This document shows positions 10,171 to 18,750 of a DNA stretch of 64,000 nucleotides, piece after piece. Under the pieces are notes generated by a model. It saw nothing but the letters and a program-made list of their open reading frames with translations. It was not told the DNA's origin and searched no databases. Positions within the stretch are counted from its first letter, which is position 1; each line of letters opens with the position of its first letter. Where the stretch lies: NCBI GenBank assembly GCA_963729895.1, contig CAVSQB010000023.1, positions 14,030 to 78,029 on the forward strand. Direction: 5' to 3'. Source of the DNA: an uncultured Fibrobacterota bacterium (GTDB lineage: Bacteria; Fibrobacterota; Chitinivibrionia; Chitinivibrionales; FEN-1185). Position numbers and translations under genes: made by a program.

Positions 10171-11482
10171 CAGGGTGTTGAAAAAGTCTCCCTTTTGTAA
10201 ACATTTATCCTTATATTATAGGGGAACCCCAACCAAGGAGTATTGATGAGAGGTTCCCAGCCAGCCCAAGGCGGTATGTTCAGCTTCGTTTCTCCGGATT
10301 CCCGAGTGCCGGCAACACACCCGCTTCGTCGTGTCAAACAGTTTACGGACATAGCGCTGCGCCGCCTTTCTCGTGACTTTGAGGCGATGTACAGCCGGAT
10401 GGGACGCCCTTCGATACCGCCGGAATGGCTTTTGAAAGCACAGATATTGATGGCTTTGTTTTCGATACGGTCGGACCGGTTGTTTTGCGAGATGCTGGAC
10501 TATAACATTCTGTTCCGATGGTTTCTTGACATGGATCTGGATGCGGCATCGTTTGATCATAGTGTGTTTTCGAAGAACCGAGATCGACTTATGGAACAGG
10601 AGATTGCGCACCGGCTGATGCAGGAAATCGTGCGTCTTGCTCGTTCCGAAGAGTTGTTGTCCGATGAGCATTTCACGGTTGACGGCACGTTGATTGAAGC
10701 CTGGGCATCGATGAAGAGCTTCAAGCGAAAAGACGCGGAATCGGCGAACAAGACTGACGATGATCGGAGTAATCCGTCGGTTGATTTCCACCATGAGAAG
10801 CGAAGCAATGAGACACATCAGAGTTCGACCGATCCAGAGGCGCTGTTGGCTCGGAAGAACAAGAGAACGGGAGCGCAGCTGGCGTATTCCGGTCACGTGC
10901 TGATGGAAAACCGAAATGGGTTGTGTGTTGATATCGCCATTGCGCCAGCGACGGGGACAGCGGAACGGGATATGGCGCTTGAGCTGATAAAGCATGAACG
11001 CAGGCGCGGAAAACGCCGGATGAAGACGGTGGGTGCAGACAAAGGGTATCATGCAACCGAATTTATCAAGAGCCTGCGACGCCTGCACGTGAAGCCTCAC
11101 ATTGCCGAGAAGGCCAACACTTCGCTTAAAGGGTTGGATGGAAGAACGACTCGGCATAAGGGATACAGCGTAAGTCAACGGAAACGAAAACGGGTTGAAG
11201 AGATATTTGGGTGGATCAAGAGCGTCGGTGGCCTGCGGAAAACTCGGGTAAGAGGAATACGAATCAACCAGACTGTTGCCTACGTGGTTGCCGCAGCGTA
11301 CAACTTGATACGCATGGTTAAGTTGATGCCGCAAACGGTGGGGGCAGCATGAGAATGGCCTGGGAATCCGGGGAAATGCCTCGGAACGAGGCAGGTAAAA
11401 CCTCTCTGACATATGTAAAGTTGAAGTTAGGTTCATAAAAAATCAACAAGAGCGCTTCTGTTAGGACTATTTCAACAACCTG
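10171..11482 (+). mobile_element. IS5-family insertion sequence, copy 2 (1312 bp)
   Basis: Same TIRs as copy 1. CTAG at 10167-10170 and 11483-11486. Only two nucleotide differences from copy 1 noticed by eye. Confidence 0.95.
10243..11352 (+). CDS. IS5-family DDE transposase
   Basis: Protein identical to 1352..2461. Confidence 0.93.
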   Translation: MMRGSQPAQGGMFSFVSPDSRVPATHPLRRVKQFTDIALRRLSRDFEAMYSRMGRPSIPPEWLLKAQILMALFSIRSDRLFCEMLDYNILFRWFLDMDLDAASFDHSVFSKNRDRLMEQEIAHRLMQEIVRLARSEELLSDEHFTVDGTLIEAWASMKSFKRKDAESANKTDDDRSNPSVDFHHEKRSNETHQSSTDPEALLARKNKRTGAQLAYSGHVLMENRNGLCVDIAIAPATGTAERDMALELIKHERRRGKRRMKTVGADKGYHATEFIKSLRRLHVKPHIAEKANTSLKGLDGRTTRHKGYSVSQRKRKRVEEIFGWIKSVGGLRKTRVRGIRINQTVAYVVAAAYNLIRMVKLMPQTVGAA

Positions 11483-11903
11483 CTAGGGTGCGGCTTCCGG
11501 CGCCTCCTTGATGAATACAAATACCACAAATTCCGGAGGCGCCGGCGATCCGCACCCATACCCCCTCGTGGGTAGCCCCCAAGAGAGTTGATTTGCAAGA
11601 AAGAAGTTTCGGCTGCGGGGCACCGAGGAAGAGAGTTGAGAAGTTCAGCGCCGGGTCTTGATTGACTTCTTGAAGATATTAGTTGGCGACGAAAAATGCT
11701 AATTGACAAAATATATTTCCTTTGCCGCCGCGTTAGGTGGACCGGAGGGTGAGCTGGTGCGAATTGCCGCCTGATCCCTCGCCGAAGGCGGTAGGGACAG
11801 GCGGCAACGAGGCCGACAGGCCGAGCCCGGAGGGAGACCGACCCGGCCGGAGGCCGGGGAACGCCCAACTGTCTTTCAAAATCAAGAAACAGGATTGGTA
11901 ATC

Positions 11904-13094
11904 ATGAAATATGCGATTCTGGTCGGCGACGGGATGGCGGACTTCCCTCTTCCCGAGCTTGACAACCGCACACCGCTCGGCTACGCGGCCACGCCGAACA
12001 TGGATACGGTCGCCCGGGAGGGCCGAGTCGGGCTTGTCAAGACCATACCCGACGGGCTTCCTCCGGGCAGCGACGTGGCGAACATGTCGCTCATGGGATA
12101 CGACCCGGCGGCCTACTATTCCGGCCGCGCGCCCATCGAGGCGGCGAGCATGGGGATTGAACTGAAAAAGACCGACACGGCCTTCAGGTGTAATCTGGTG
12201 ACGATCGAAAAAGGCGTCATGGCCGACTATTCGGCAGGCCACATCGAAACGTCCGACGCGCACGAGATCATCGCCGCATTACAGGGTGAACTCGGAACCC
12301 GGGACCTGCGGTTTTACCCGGGCGTGAGCTACCGCCATATCACCGTGATCGCGGAATTCCCCTCGGGAAAGCTCGACTGCACTCCGCCGCACGATATTTC
12401 CGGCAGGGCGGTCGCCGGCAGCCTCCCCTCGGGAAAGGGCCAGGACATTGTCCGGCAGCTCATGGAACGGGCGCGGCCGGTGCTCGATTCCTGTGCTGTC
12501 AACAAGCGCCGCACAGCGCAGGGCAAGAAACCCGCAACCGACATCTGGCTCTGGGGCCAGGGCAAAGCGATTGTGCTTCCCACCATGAAAGAGCGGTTTT
12601 CGATTACCGGTTCCGTGGTCTCCGCCGTGGACCTGGTACGCGGTATCGGCGTGCTTGCAGGGCTCAACGTGCGGATCGTTGAAGGCGCAACGGGCTACCT
12701 GGGGACCAACTATGCAGGCAAGATTTCCGCGGCGCACGATGCGCTGTGCAACGAGGACTTTGTGTTTGTCCACGTGGAAGCGCCCGACGAAACATCGCAT
12801 GAAGGCTCGCTCCAAAAGAAGATCCAGGCAATCGAAGAATTCGACAAGAATATCGTAGGAGAAATGGTCGCAATGCGCGGTGAATTCACGGACCTGCGCA
12901 TCATGGTCCTGCCCGATCACGCCACTCCCGTGCCGCTCAAGACCCATCATGCCGCGCCTGTGCCCTTTGCCGTCTGCGGGGCCGGGGTCGATGCCGACGG
13001 CAGTCTTTCCTATTGCGAAAAATCGGCGCAGGGGAAAAAGATGTATACGGGCGTGACGCTGTTTGAGACGTTTATTAAGGGCAAATTCGAATAA
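11904..13094 (+). CDS. ApgM-like cofactor-independent phosphoglycerate mutase family protein (possible alternative homoserine kinase)
   Basis: GDGMAD, PGSDVANMSLMGY, HVEAPDETSHEG and LPDHATP alkaline-phosphatase-superfamily motifs. Follows hom-thrC. Confidence 0.85.
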   Translation: MKYAILVGDGMADFPLPELDNRTPLGYAATPNMDTVAREGRVGLVKTIPDGLPPGSDVANMSLMGYDPAAYYSGRAPIEAASMGIELKKTDTAFRCNLVTIEKGVMADYSAGHIETSDAHEIIAALQGELGTRDLRFYPGVSYRHITVIAEFPSGKLDCTPPHDISGRAVAGSLPSGKGQDIVRQLMERARPVLDSCAVNKRRTAQGKKPATDIWLWGQGKAIVLPTMKERFSITGSVVSAVDLVRGIGVLAGLNVRIVEGATGYLGTNYAGKISAAHDALCNEDFVFVHVEAPDETSHEGSLQKKIQAIEEFDKNIVGEMVAMRGEFTDLRIMVLPDHATPVPLKTHHAAPVPFAVCGAGVDADGSLSYCEKSAQGKKMYTGVTLFETFIKGKFE

Positions 13095-13114
13095 TAATAA
13101 TACAATATCCTGGC

Positions 13115-13442
13115 GGGGGAAGTATCCCCCTCGCTCCGGCCGCCTCGGCCTTCGGCCTGCGGTGTCCTCCGCTACCCCCTCCTGGGTGCACCCCAAGTGG
13201 AAGTAGTTGCAAGAATCAAGCACCTGCGCGGGGGCACCCACGGAGAGAAAGTGACTGCAGAAAGCCGTTAAATGCACGAGTCAGAGTTTCTTAAATTGAG
13301 TTTTGCGTTAGGCAAGACTGGAGGGTGCGCTAGAGCGCATTGCCGGTCGACCCCGCCGAAGGCATAGGGGCGATCCGGCAACGAGGCCAAAGGGCCGAGC
13401 CCGAAAGGATGGCCGCCATCGGCTTCAGCCGGTGGAACGCCC
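13115..13442 (+). repeat. Structured intergenic element, copy C (uninterrupted, 328 nt)
   Basis: Contains all conserved blocks. Has CCAAG where copy A has the CTAG insertion site. Confidence 0.85.
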
Positions 13443-13470
13443 GTTTTACCTCACAATCAAGAATCTAGCT

Positions 13471-14916
13471 ATGGTTGTACGATTCATCGAAAAAGCCCTT
13501 ACCTTCCTCATCGACATCATTGCGTTCAACGTCGCGTTTGGAACCGCGTTCTGGATCCGCTACAAGAGCAATTTCTTTCCCGAAAGCTTCAACTCCGAGA
13601 TCGAATTCTCGTCGTATATCATTTTGTCAATCATCGTCGCGGGCTGCTGGGTGCTCATGTTCTTTTTTACCGGCCTGTACCGCGATTGGTACAAGGAATC
13701 AAGGCTCGACGAATTCTTTGTGGTCGTGCGCACCATTCTCATCGGCATCTTCCTGCTGTTCCTTATAACGAGCGCCTCGCAGATCATCGATTTCGCCACA
13801 AGCGGCAACATTGAACTCGTCTTGACAAGAACAAAATTCGCCGTGCTTGTCACCTATGCCGCGTGCCTCGTGTTCTTTACCACTGCCGACCGGTTTCTCA
13901 TGCACAGCCTGCTGTCGTTTCTCTTTGTGCGCGGCATCGGCGTGAGCAAGGTACTTATTATCGGCGCCCAGGAACCGGGGATGCAGCTGCTCGACGAGCT
14001 CAAGCATTATCCCCAGCTCGGGTACCAGGTAAAGGGCTTCATCGACGACAACGGCAAGCTCACGGGCACGATATGCAACGGCCTGCCCGTCCTGGGCACG
14101 TACTCCGACCTGCCTGCCGTCGTCAAGAAGGAGCGAATCACCGGACTCATTGTGTCGCATGTGTCGGGATCCGCCAACGAGATTCTCAAAATCGTCAATT
14201 ACTGCGGAGACCTGCGGCTCACCATCTATATGGTGCCGTCACTCATGGACGTCATATCCGGCCACCTCAAGACGCATCAGATATTCGGCGTGCCGCTCAT
14301 GATCCTGCTGCAAGACCACCTGCCGGCCTGGGAGGCGCAAATCAAGCGCATTATCGACATCGTGGTGTCCACGGTGGTGCTCGTTCTGGGCTCCCCCGTG
14401 TGGTTTGCCATCGCAGCGATCATCAGGCTCACCTCGCCGGGCAAGGCGATTTACAACCAGGAACGCGTGGGCCAGAACGGCAAGCCGTTTATCATGCATA
14501 AATTCCGCTCCATGTACAACGACGCGGAAAAGCACTCGGGCCCCACGTGGGCCACAAAAAAAGACCCTCGCATTACGCCCATCGGCAGGTTTCTGCGCAC
14601 GACGCGGCTCGATGAGATTCCGCAGTTCATCAACGTGCTGAAAGGAGAAATGAGCCTTGTGGGCCCGAGGCCGGAACGCGCGTTCTTCATCCAGCAGCTC
14701 AAGCAGGAGATCCCCTGGTATGCGCGCCGCATCAAGATGAAGCCCGGCATCACGGGGTGGGCGCAGGTGAAGCACAAATACGATGCGTCAATTGAGGATG
14801 TCAAGCAGAAGGTGATGTACGATCTGTACTATTTCGAAAACATGTCCCTCATGCTCGACCTCAAGATCATGCTGCACACGATTCTTGTGGTGTTTACGGG
14901 CAAAGGGGCTCACTAA
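13471..14916 (+). CDS. Undecaprenyl-phosphate sugar phosphotransferase (WcaJ/WbaP family)
   Basis: N-terminal TMs, Rossmann-like middle domain and C-terminal KFRSM..DPRIT..RLDEIPQFINVLKGEMSLVGPRPE..KPGITGWAQV. Confidence 0.92.
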   Translation: MVVRFIEKALTFLIDIIAFNVAFGTAFWIRYKSNFFPESFNSEIEFSSYIILSIIVAGCWVLMFFFTGLYRDWYKESRLDEFFVVVRTILIGIFLLFLITSASQIIDFATSGNIELVLTRTKFAVLVTYAACLVFFTTADRFLMHSLLSFLFVRGIGVSKVLIIGAQEPGMQLLDELKHYPQLGYQVKGFIDDNGKLTGTICNGLPVLGTYSDLPAVVKKERITGLIVSHVSGSANEILKIVNYCGDLRLTIYMVPSLMDVISGHLKTHQIFGVPLMILLQDHLPAWEAQIKRIIDIVVSTVVLVLGSPVWFAIAAIIRLTSPGKAIYNQERVGQNGKPFIMHKFRSMYNDAEKHSGPTWATKKDPRITPIGRFLRTTRLDEIPQFINVLKGEMSLVGPRPERAFFIQQLKQEIPWYARRIKMKPGITGWAQVKHKYDASIEDVKQKVMYDLYYFENMSLMLDLKIMLHTILVVFTGKGAH

Positions 14917-14923
14917 AAAAATG

Positions 14924-14972
14924 GTTGGAGCGTTCGAGCGTTGAGGTGTCTTCAACGCTCGAACGCTCCAAC
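14924..14972. repeat. Perfect 21-bp inverted repeat built from 8-nt units
   Basis: GTTGGAGCGTTCGAGCGTTGA-N7-TCAACGCTCGAACGCTCCAAC, between the sugar transferase and nikR. Confidence 0.8.
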
Positions 14973-15005
14973 GCACAAACACTCCAACCTTTTCAGGTAT
15001 TCTTC

Positions 15006-15422
15006 ATGAGTAACCTCTATCGATTCGGCATTTCGCTCGAAAAGAGTCTTATCGACGAGTTCGACAGCCATATTCAGGGCCTCAACTACAAGAACCGCTC
15101 CGAGGCCATCCGCGACCTCATCCGCGAAGACCTTGTCAAGAAGCAATGGCTGTGCGGCAACGAGGTGGCGGGCGCCGTCACCATGAGCTACGATCATCAC
15201 AAGCGCGAGCTTGTCAACAAGCTCATGGACATCCAGCACGATTTCCAATCGCTCATTATCTCGAGCCAGCATGTCCACATCGATCACCACAACTGCCTGG
15301 AGATTATCGCGGTAAAGGGCAAGGCCCGCGAGGTTGAAAAACTGGCGAGCTTGCTCAAGGCGCAGAAAGGCGTGAAGCATGTGGCGTTGTCGATGTCGAC
15401 AACGGGCGAAGGATTGCGATGA
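15006..15422 (+). CDS. nikR: Nickel-responsive transcriptional regulator NikR
   Basis: Ribbon-helix-helix RFGISL..NRSEAIRDLIR. Metal site YDHH..QHVHIDHHNCLE. Confidence 0.95.
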   Translation: MSNLYRFGISLEKSLIDEFDSHIQGLNYKNRSEAIRDLIREDLVKKQWLCGNEVAGAVTMSYDHHKRELVNKLMDIQHDFQSLIISSQHVHIDHHNCLEIIAVKGKAREVEKLASLLKAQKGVKHVALSMSTTGEGLR

Positions 15423-15483
15423 CCGGGGTCGGACTGATACGGAATATCCGGGAATTCCATTTTCGATAAGGAGGGCAACCGGA

Positions 15484-16308
15484 ATGAACAAGGCATCCCC
15501 TGCGCGGTCAACAATGCCCGTCCTCTTCCTCGGCCACGGCAGCCCCATGAATGCCATCGAGGACAACGAATTCTCCCGCGGCTGGCGGAACATCGCCCAA
15601 ACTATCCCCAGACCAAAAGCAATCCTGTGCATCTCCGCGCACTGGGAAACGTGGGGCGCGCTGGTTACGGCAATGGACAAGCCCCGCACCATTCACGATT
15701 TCGGCGGATTTCCCCGCGAGCTGTACGAAGTGCAGTATCCGGCTCCGGGAAGTAAATGGCTGGCGCAGGAGGTCGCCAACGCAGCGGCAAAATCAGACGT
15801 GACGTTCGATGAAGAATGGGGCCTGGACCACGGGTGCTGGAGCGTGATTTCCCGTATGTACCCGGAGGCGGACGTGCCCGTGGCGCAACTGAGCCTTGAC
15901 GCGGCACGGTCTGCGCAGGAGCACTACGATCTGGCACGCCGGCTTGCACCGCTGCGGGAAAAAGGAGTGCTCATCGTGGGCAGCGGGAATATGGTGCACA
16001 ACCTCGGGCTTGTCGAATTTCGCGGAAACGGGCCGGAAGCTTTTAACAGGCCGTTCGGCTTCGACTGGGCCATGCAGGCCAACGACCTGTTCAAACAGTT
16101 GATAAACGATAACCAGCACGACAGGCTCATCGGATACCGGGCGCTCGGCGAATCCGTCAGGCGTGCGGTGCCCACGCCGGAACATTACCTGCCCATGCTC
16201 TATGCGATCGCTCTAAAACGGACGGACGAATCCGTTGCCTATTTCAACGACAAACCCGTTGCGGGGTCGCTCACCATGACGTCGTTTGTTGTTGACAAAA
16301 CGGCATAA
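15484..16308 (+). CDS. ygiD: YgiD/DODA-type extradiol ring-cleavage dioxygenase
   Basis: LFLGHGSPM, ISAHWET, GLDHGCW, GSGNMVHNL and PTPEHYLP. Confidence 0.9.
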   Translation: MNKASPARSTMPVLFLGHGSPMNAIEDNEFSRGWRNIAQTIPRPKAILCISAHWETWGALVTAMDKPRTIHDFGGFPRELYEVQYPAPGSKWLAQEVANAAAKSDVTFDEEWGLDHGCWSVISRMYPEADVPVAQLSLDAARSAQEHYDLARRLAPLREKGVLIVGSGNMVHNLGLVEFRGNGPEAFNRPFGFDWAMQANDLFKQLINDNQHDRLIGYRALGESVRRAVPTPEHYLPMLYAIALKRTDESVAYFNDKPVAGSLTMTSFVVDKTA

Positions 16309-16335
16309 CCCCGCTCTCCCGCGCAACAGCCCGGA

Positions 16336-17043
16336 TCATTTTCCCACCGTGCAGTCAATCGTGGCATTCTGTTTGTCCGGATCGTTTGTTGTGATCACAA
16401 GCTTGCCCGAAAGCGGCCCGGCAAGGCCGGGCGCCCTCATCTCAAGCTTATACACGCGAAAACCGTCCCTGCGAACCGAATCCGTCGGCGTCCAGGTGAA
16501 CGGAACGGTAACGGGCGCGTTGGACTCCCAGAACTGGGCGGCGCCGGCCTGCGGCACCTGCAGAACCACCTGATAGACGCGAAGGTCTTTCTTCTCGCAT
16601 GCAAGATACACCGTGCCAGGTTTCGAAGCGGAAAGCGACAGGGTTTGTGGCGAAATGTCAATGACCGGACTGATGGTTGCGGTGATCGTGAGTTTCAGGG
16701 AGGGTGAATTTACCGCATTCGAAGACACGGTTATGAATTTGGAAAGCGGGCCGGAATGGAAGCCCGCAATGTTTACCGTTGATTGAATGGCGCCGGATTT
16801 GCCCGCCGGAACAAGGGTGTCGTACGTGGCTACCGTGCAGCCGCAGCCGGGACGCACGCTGTTGATCTTAAGCGGTTCGTCGCCGGTGTTCCTGATGGTG
16901 AACAACGCCTTGATCTGGTCGGTTTTCCACTCCACAACGGTTCCGCAGTCGATAGTTGTTTTGTCTACTTCGATCTTCGGGGCGGCGTGGATGGCTGCGC
17001 CGCCGCACAGTGAAAGCACAAGAATTGCTTTGGAGAAACGCAT
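16336..17043 (-). CDS. DUF1573 domain secreted protein
   Basis: Signal peptide, then FTIRNTGDEPLKINSVRPGCGCT (DUF1573 xCGCT motif). Confidence 0.82.
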   Translation of the reverse strand: MRFSKAILVLSLCGGAAIHAAPKIEVDKTTIDCGTVVEWKTDQIKALFTIRNTGDEPLKINSVRPGCGCTVATYDTLVPAGKSGAIQSTVNIAGFHSGPLSKFITVSSNAVNSPSLKLTITATISPVIDISPQTLSLSASKPGTVYLACEKKDLRVYQVVLQVPQAGAAQFWESNAPVTVPFTWTPTDSVRRDGFRVYKLEMRAPGLAGPLSGKLVITTNDPDKQNATIDCTVGK

Positions 17044-17167
17044 TGACAATGTCCTTTCTTTCGCCGGAGATCTGCGCCGCAAACGTTCTATAAGATACTC
17101 CCTGCAGAAATCCTCAGTGATCGACGACTTTTCTTGCCTCGAACGCGCACGCCAAGGCGACCGCGAT

Positions 17168-18094
17168 CTACTGCTCAGCATGCGCTTTGCGCCAATTGCG
17201 GACGTTGGAGAGGCCCACGACCGCCGAGGGGCTGCCGTTCTTCGCGGCCAACGAAAAGAACTGTTCCGCTTCATCAATGCGCTGGCGATCAAAGGCGATG
17301 CTGCCGGCAAGCACTGCCATATCCGCAAAGTTCGGGAAACGCTTCATGCCGTCACGGCAGGTCTCAAGCGCCACGAGCTGGTTACCTGATTGTTGCTGAA
17401 GCAATGCGATGCGATAGAGGGTCCATTGTTTAGTTTTGTCAAGATCAAAGGCCATGGTGAGATAAGAAATGGAGCGGGGAATATCCCCCGCCTTTTCGTA
17501 CAAGTCTGCAAGCAACAAATCAACATACAGGGTGTTCTTGCCGTCCAGCGGAAATGATTCGAGCCATTTGATTGCTTCGTCCGCATCCCCCATGTCGCGA
17601 TACATTTCCCCAAGAGCGATGTAGGCCTCCTCGACTTGAGGATAAAGCCTGATTATGTTTTCAAAGGCTGCCACTGCCTTGGCAATCGCGCCCACCCGGC
17701 GCAGTGTGGCGGCTTGGATCAGAAGCGCCTTTTGGTGCGTCGGATCAAGTTCGAGCGCGCGTTTTATCGATGCAAGGCATCGGCCGAGGTCGTTGAGCTG
17801 GTAATAGCACACGGCAAGGTTGAAATTGGCCTTGAAGAAATCAGGCGCGTTCCGGATGCATGCGCGATAGTAAACGACCGCCTCTGCAAGGCTGTCGAGT
17901 TGGAAGTACGCATTGGCCATATTGTAGTAGCACAGGGCAGGCGTCTCGCCTTCGTCAGCTGCCTTATGGAATAATTTGATCGCTTGGCGGAAATTCCCGG
18001 CGTTGTAGGCCTCATCGGCCTGGGAAAGCGAGGTCGTGGCGACAGGCATTGCCGTTGCAATGAGCATCAGGACGAGGAAAATCGTTTTTTTCAT
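17168..18094 (-). CDS. Periplasmic TPR protein (TtpD-like) of the TonB operon
   Basis: Signal peptide and tandem TPR repeats (YYNMANAYFQL, FNLAVCYYQL). Directly downstream of tonB. Confidence 0.85.
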   Translation of the reverse strand: MKKTIFLVLMLIATAMPVATTSLSQADEAYNAGNFRQAIKLFHKAADEGETPALCYYNMANAYFQLDSLAEAVVYYRACIRNAPDFFKANFNLAVCYYQLNDLGRCLASIKRALELDPTHQKALLIQAATLRRVGAIAKAVAAFENIIRLYPQVEEAYIALGEMYRDMGDADEAIKWLESFPLDGKNTLYVDLLLADLYEKAGDIPRSISYLTMAFDLDKTKQWTLYRIALLQQQSGNQLVALETCRDGMKRFPNFADMAVLAGSIAFDRQRIDEAEQFFSLAAKNGSPSAVVGLSNVRNWRKAHAEQ

Positions 18095-18105
18095 GACAAG
18101 CAAAG

Positions 18106-18744
18106 TCACTGATCAAGATTGAAGTGGATTACTTGACGGAACCGCTGGTTGACCGGAATCCCCTTGTTCTTTGCCGGTTTGAAACGCCACAGCGCCACGC
18201 CTCGCTTGACTTCTGCCGTAAACAGGGGCGATGGCGATTTTGTGACCTCGATAGTAGTTGTTTTTCCCTCATGTGTAACAACGAATTCCACTTCGACCGA
18301 GCCTTTGATCCCCTGCTCGGCCGCGCGTTCGGGATACGGGATGGGCGGGGTGTACTCCGGCGATGCGTCCTGGTCGACCTGGCCCTGCTCAAACACTTCG
18401 GCGGAAAGTTCCTGCTTCTGCAGCGCCACACCCGTTCCACCTTCCCCCGAAGCGTCCACGGTCAGGTCCGGCGTGAAACGCATGTTCATCTGGTTCTCAA
18501 GGGACTTTCCCTGGTTCGTCGGCGTTTGTACTTGGCGGATGCGCTGTTGCACCAGCTTTTTCTCCTCAGGAGGCTTGCGGACGATGTCCAATGCCGAAAT
18601 CCTGCGCGGCTGCTGCTTGTCCGACTTGGAACCAAGACCCACTGCGGCATGCAGCAGCGAAACTCCGGTGAACAGAACAAAACTCACCACGACGGCAAGC
18701 GCCAGACGCCCGATCCACAGTGACCAATAGGAAACAATATTCAT
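18106..18744 (-). CDS. tonB: Energy transducer TonB
   Basis: N-terminal TM with SxxH, C-terminal PYPERAAEQGIKGSVEVEFVV..WRFKPA. Confidence 0.92.
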   Translation of the reverse strand: MNIVSYWSLWIGRLALAVVVSFVLFTGVSLLHAAVGLGSKSDKQQPRRISALDIVRKPPEEKKLVQQRIRQVQTPTNQGKSLENQMNMRFTPDLTVDASGEGGTGVALQKQELSAEVFEQGQVDQDASPEYTPPIPYPERAAEQGIKGSVEVEFVVTHEGKTTTIEVTKSPSPLFTAEVKRGVALWRFKPAKNKGIPVNQRFRQVIHFNLDQ

Positions 18745-18750
18745 GTGGCA

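Larger units (their letters stand above)
10125..11866 (+). repeat. Structured intergenic element, copy B (about 426 nt without the IS; most diverged copy)
   Basis: Same block order as copies A and C, with compensatory stem changes (GCCGCCTG-A-TCCCT / AGGGA-CAGGCGGC). Confidence 0.8.

Noticed and set aside
11467..11868. ORFs inside the structured elements (also 2592..2957)
   Set aside because: Reading frames are not conserved between copies whereas base pairing is, so the elements are non-coding.
1220..13442. CRISPR array, group II intron or tRNA interpretation of the repeats
   Set aside because: No regular repeat-spacer periodicity or cas genes, no domain V consensus and no cloverleaf. No tRNA or rRNA gene was recognised anywhere in the window.
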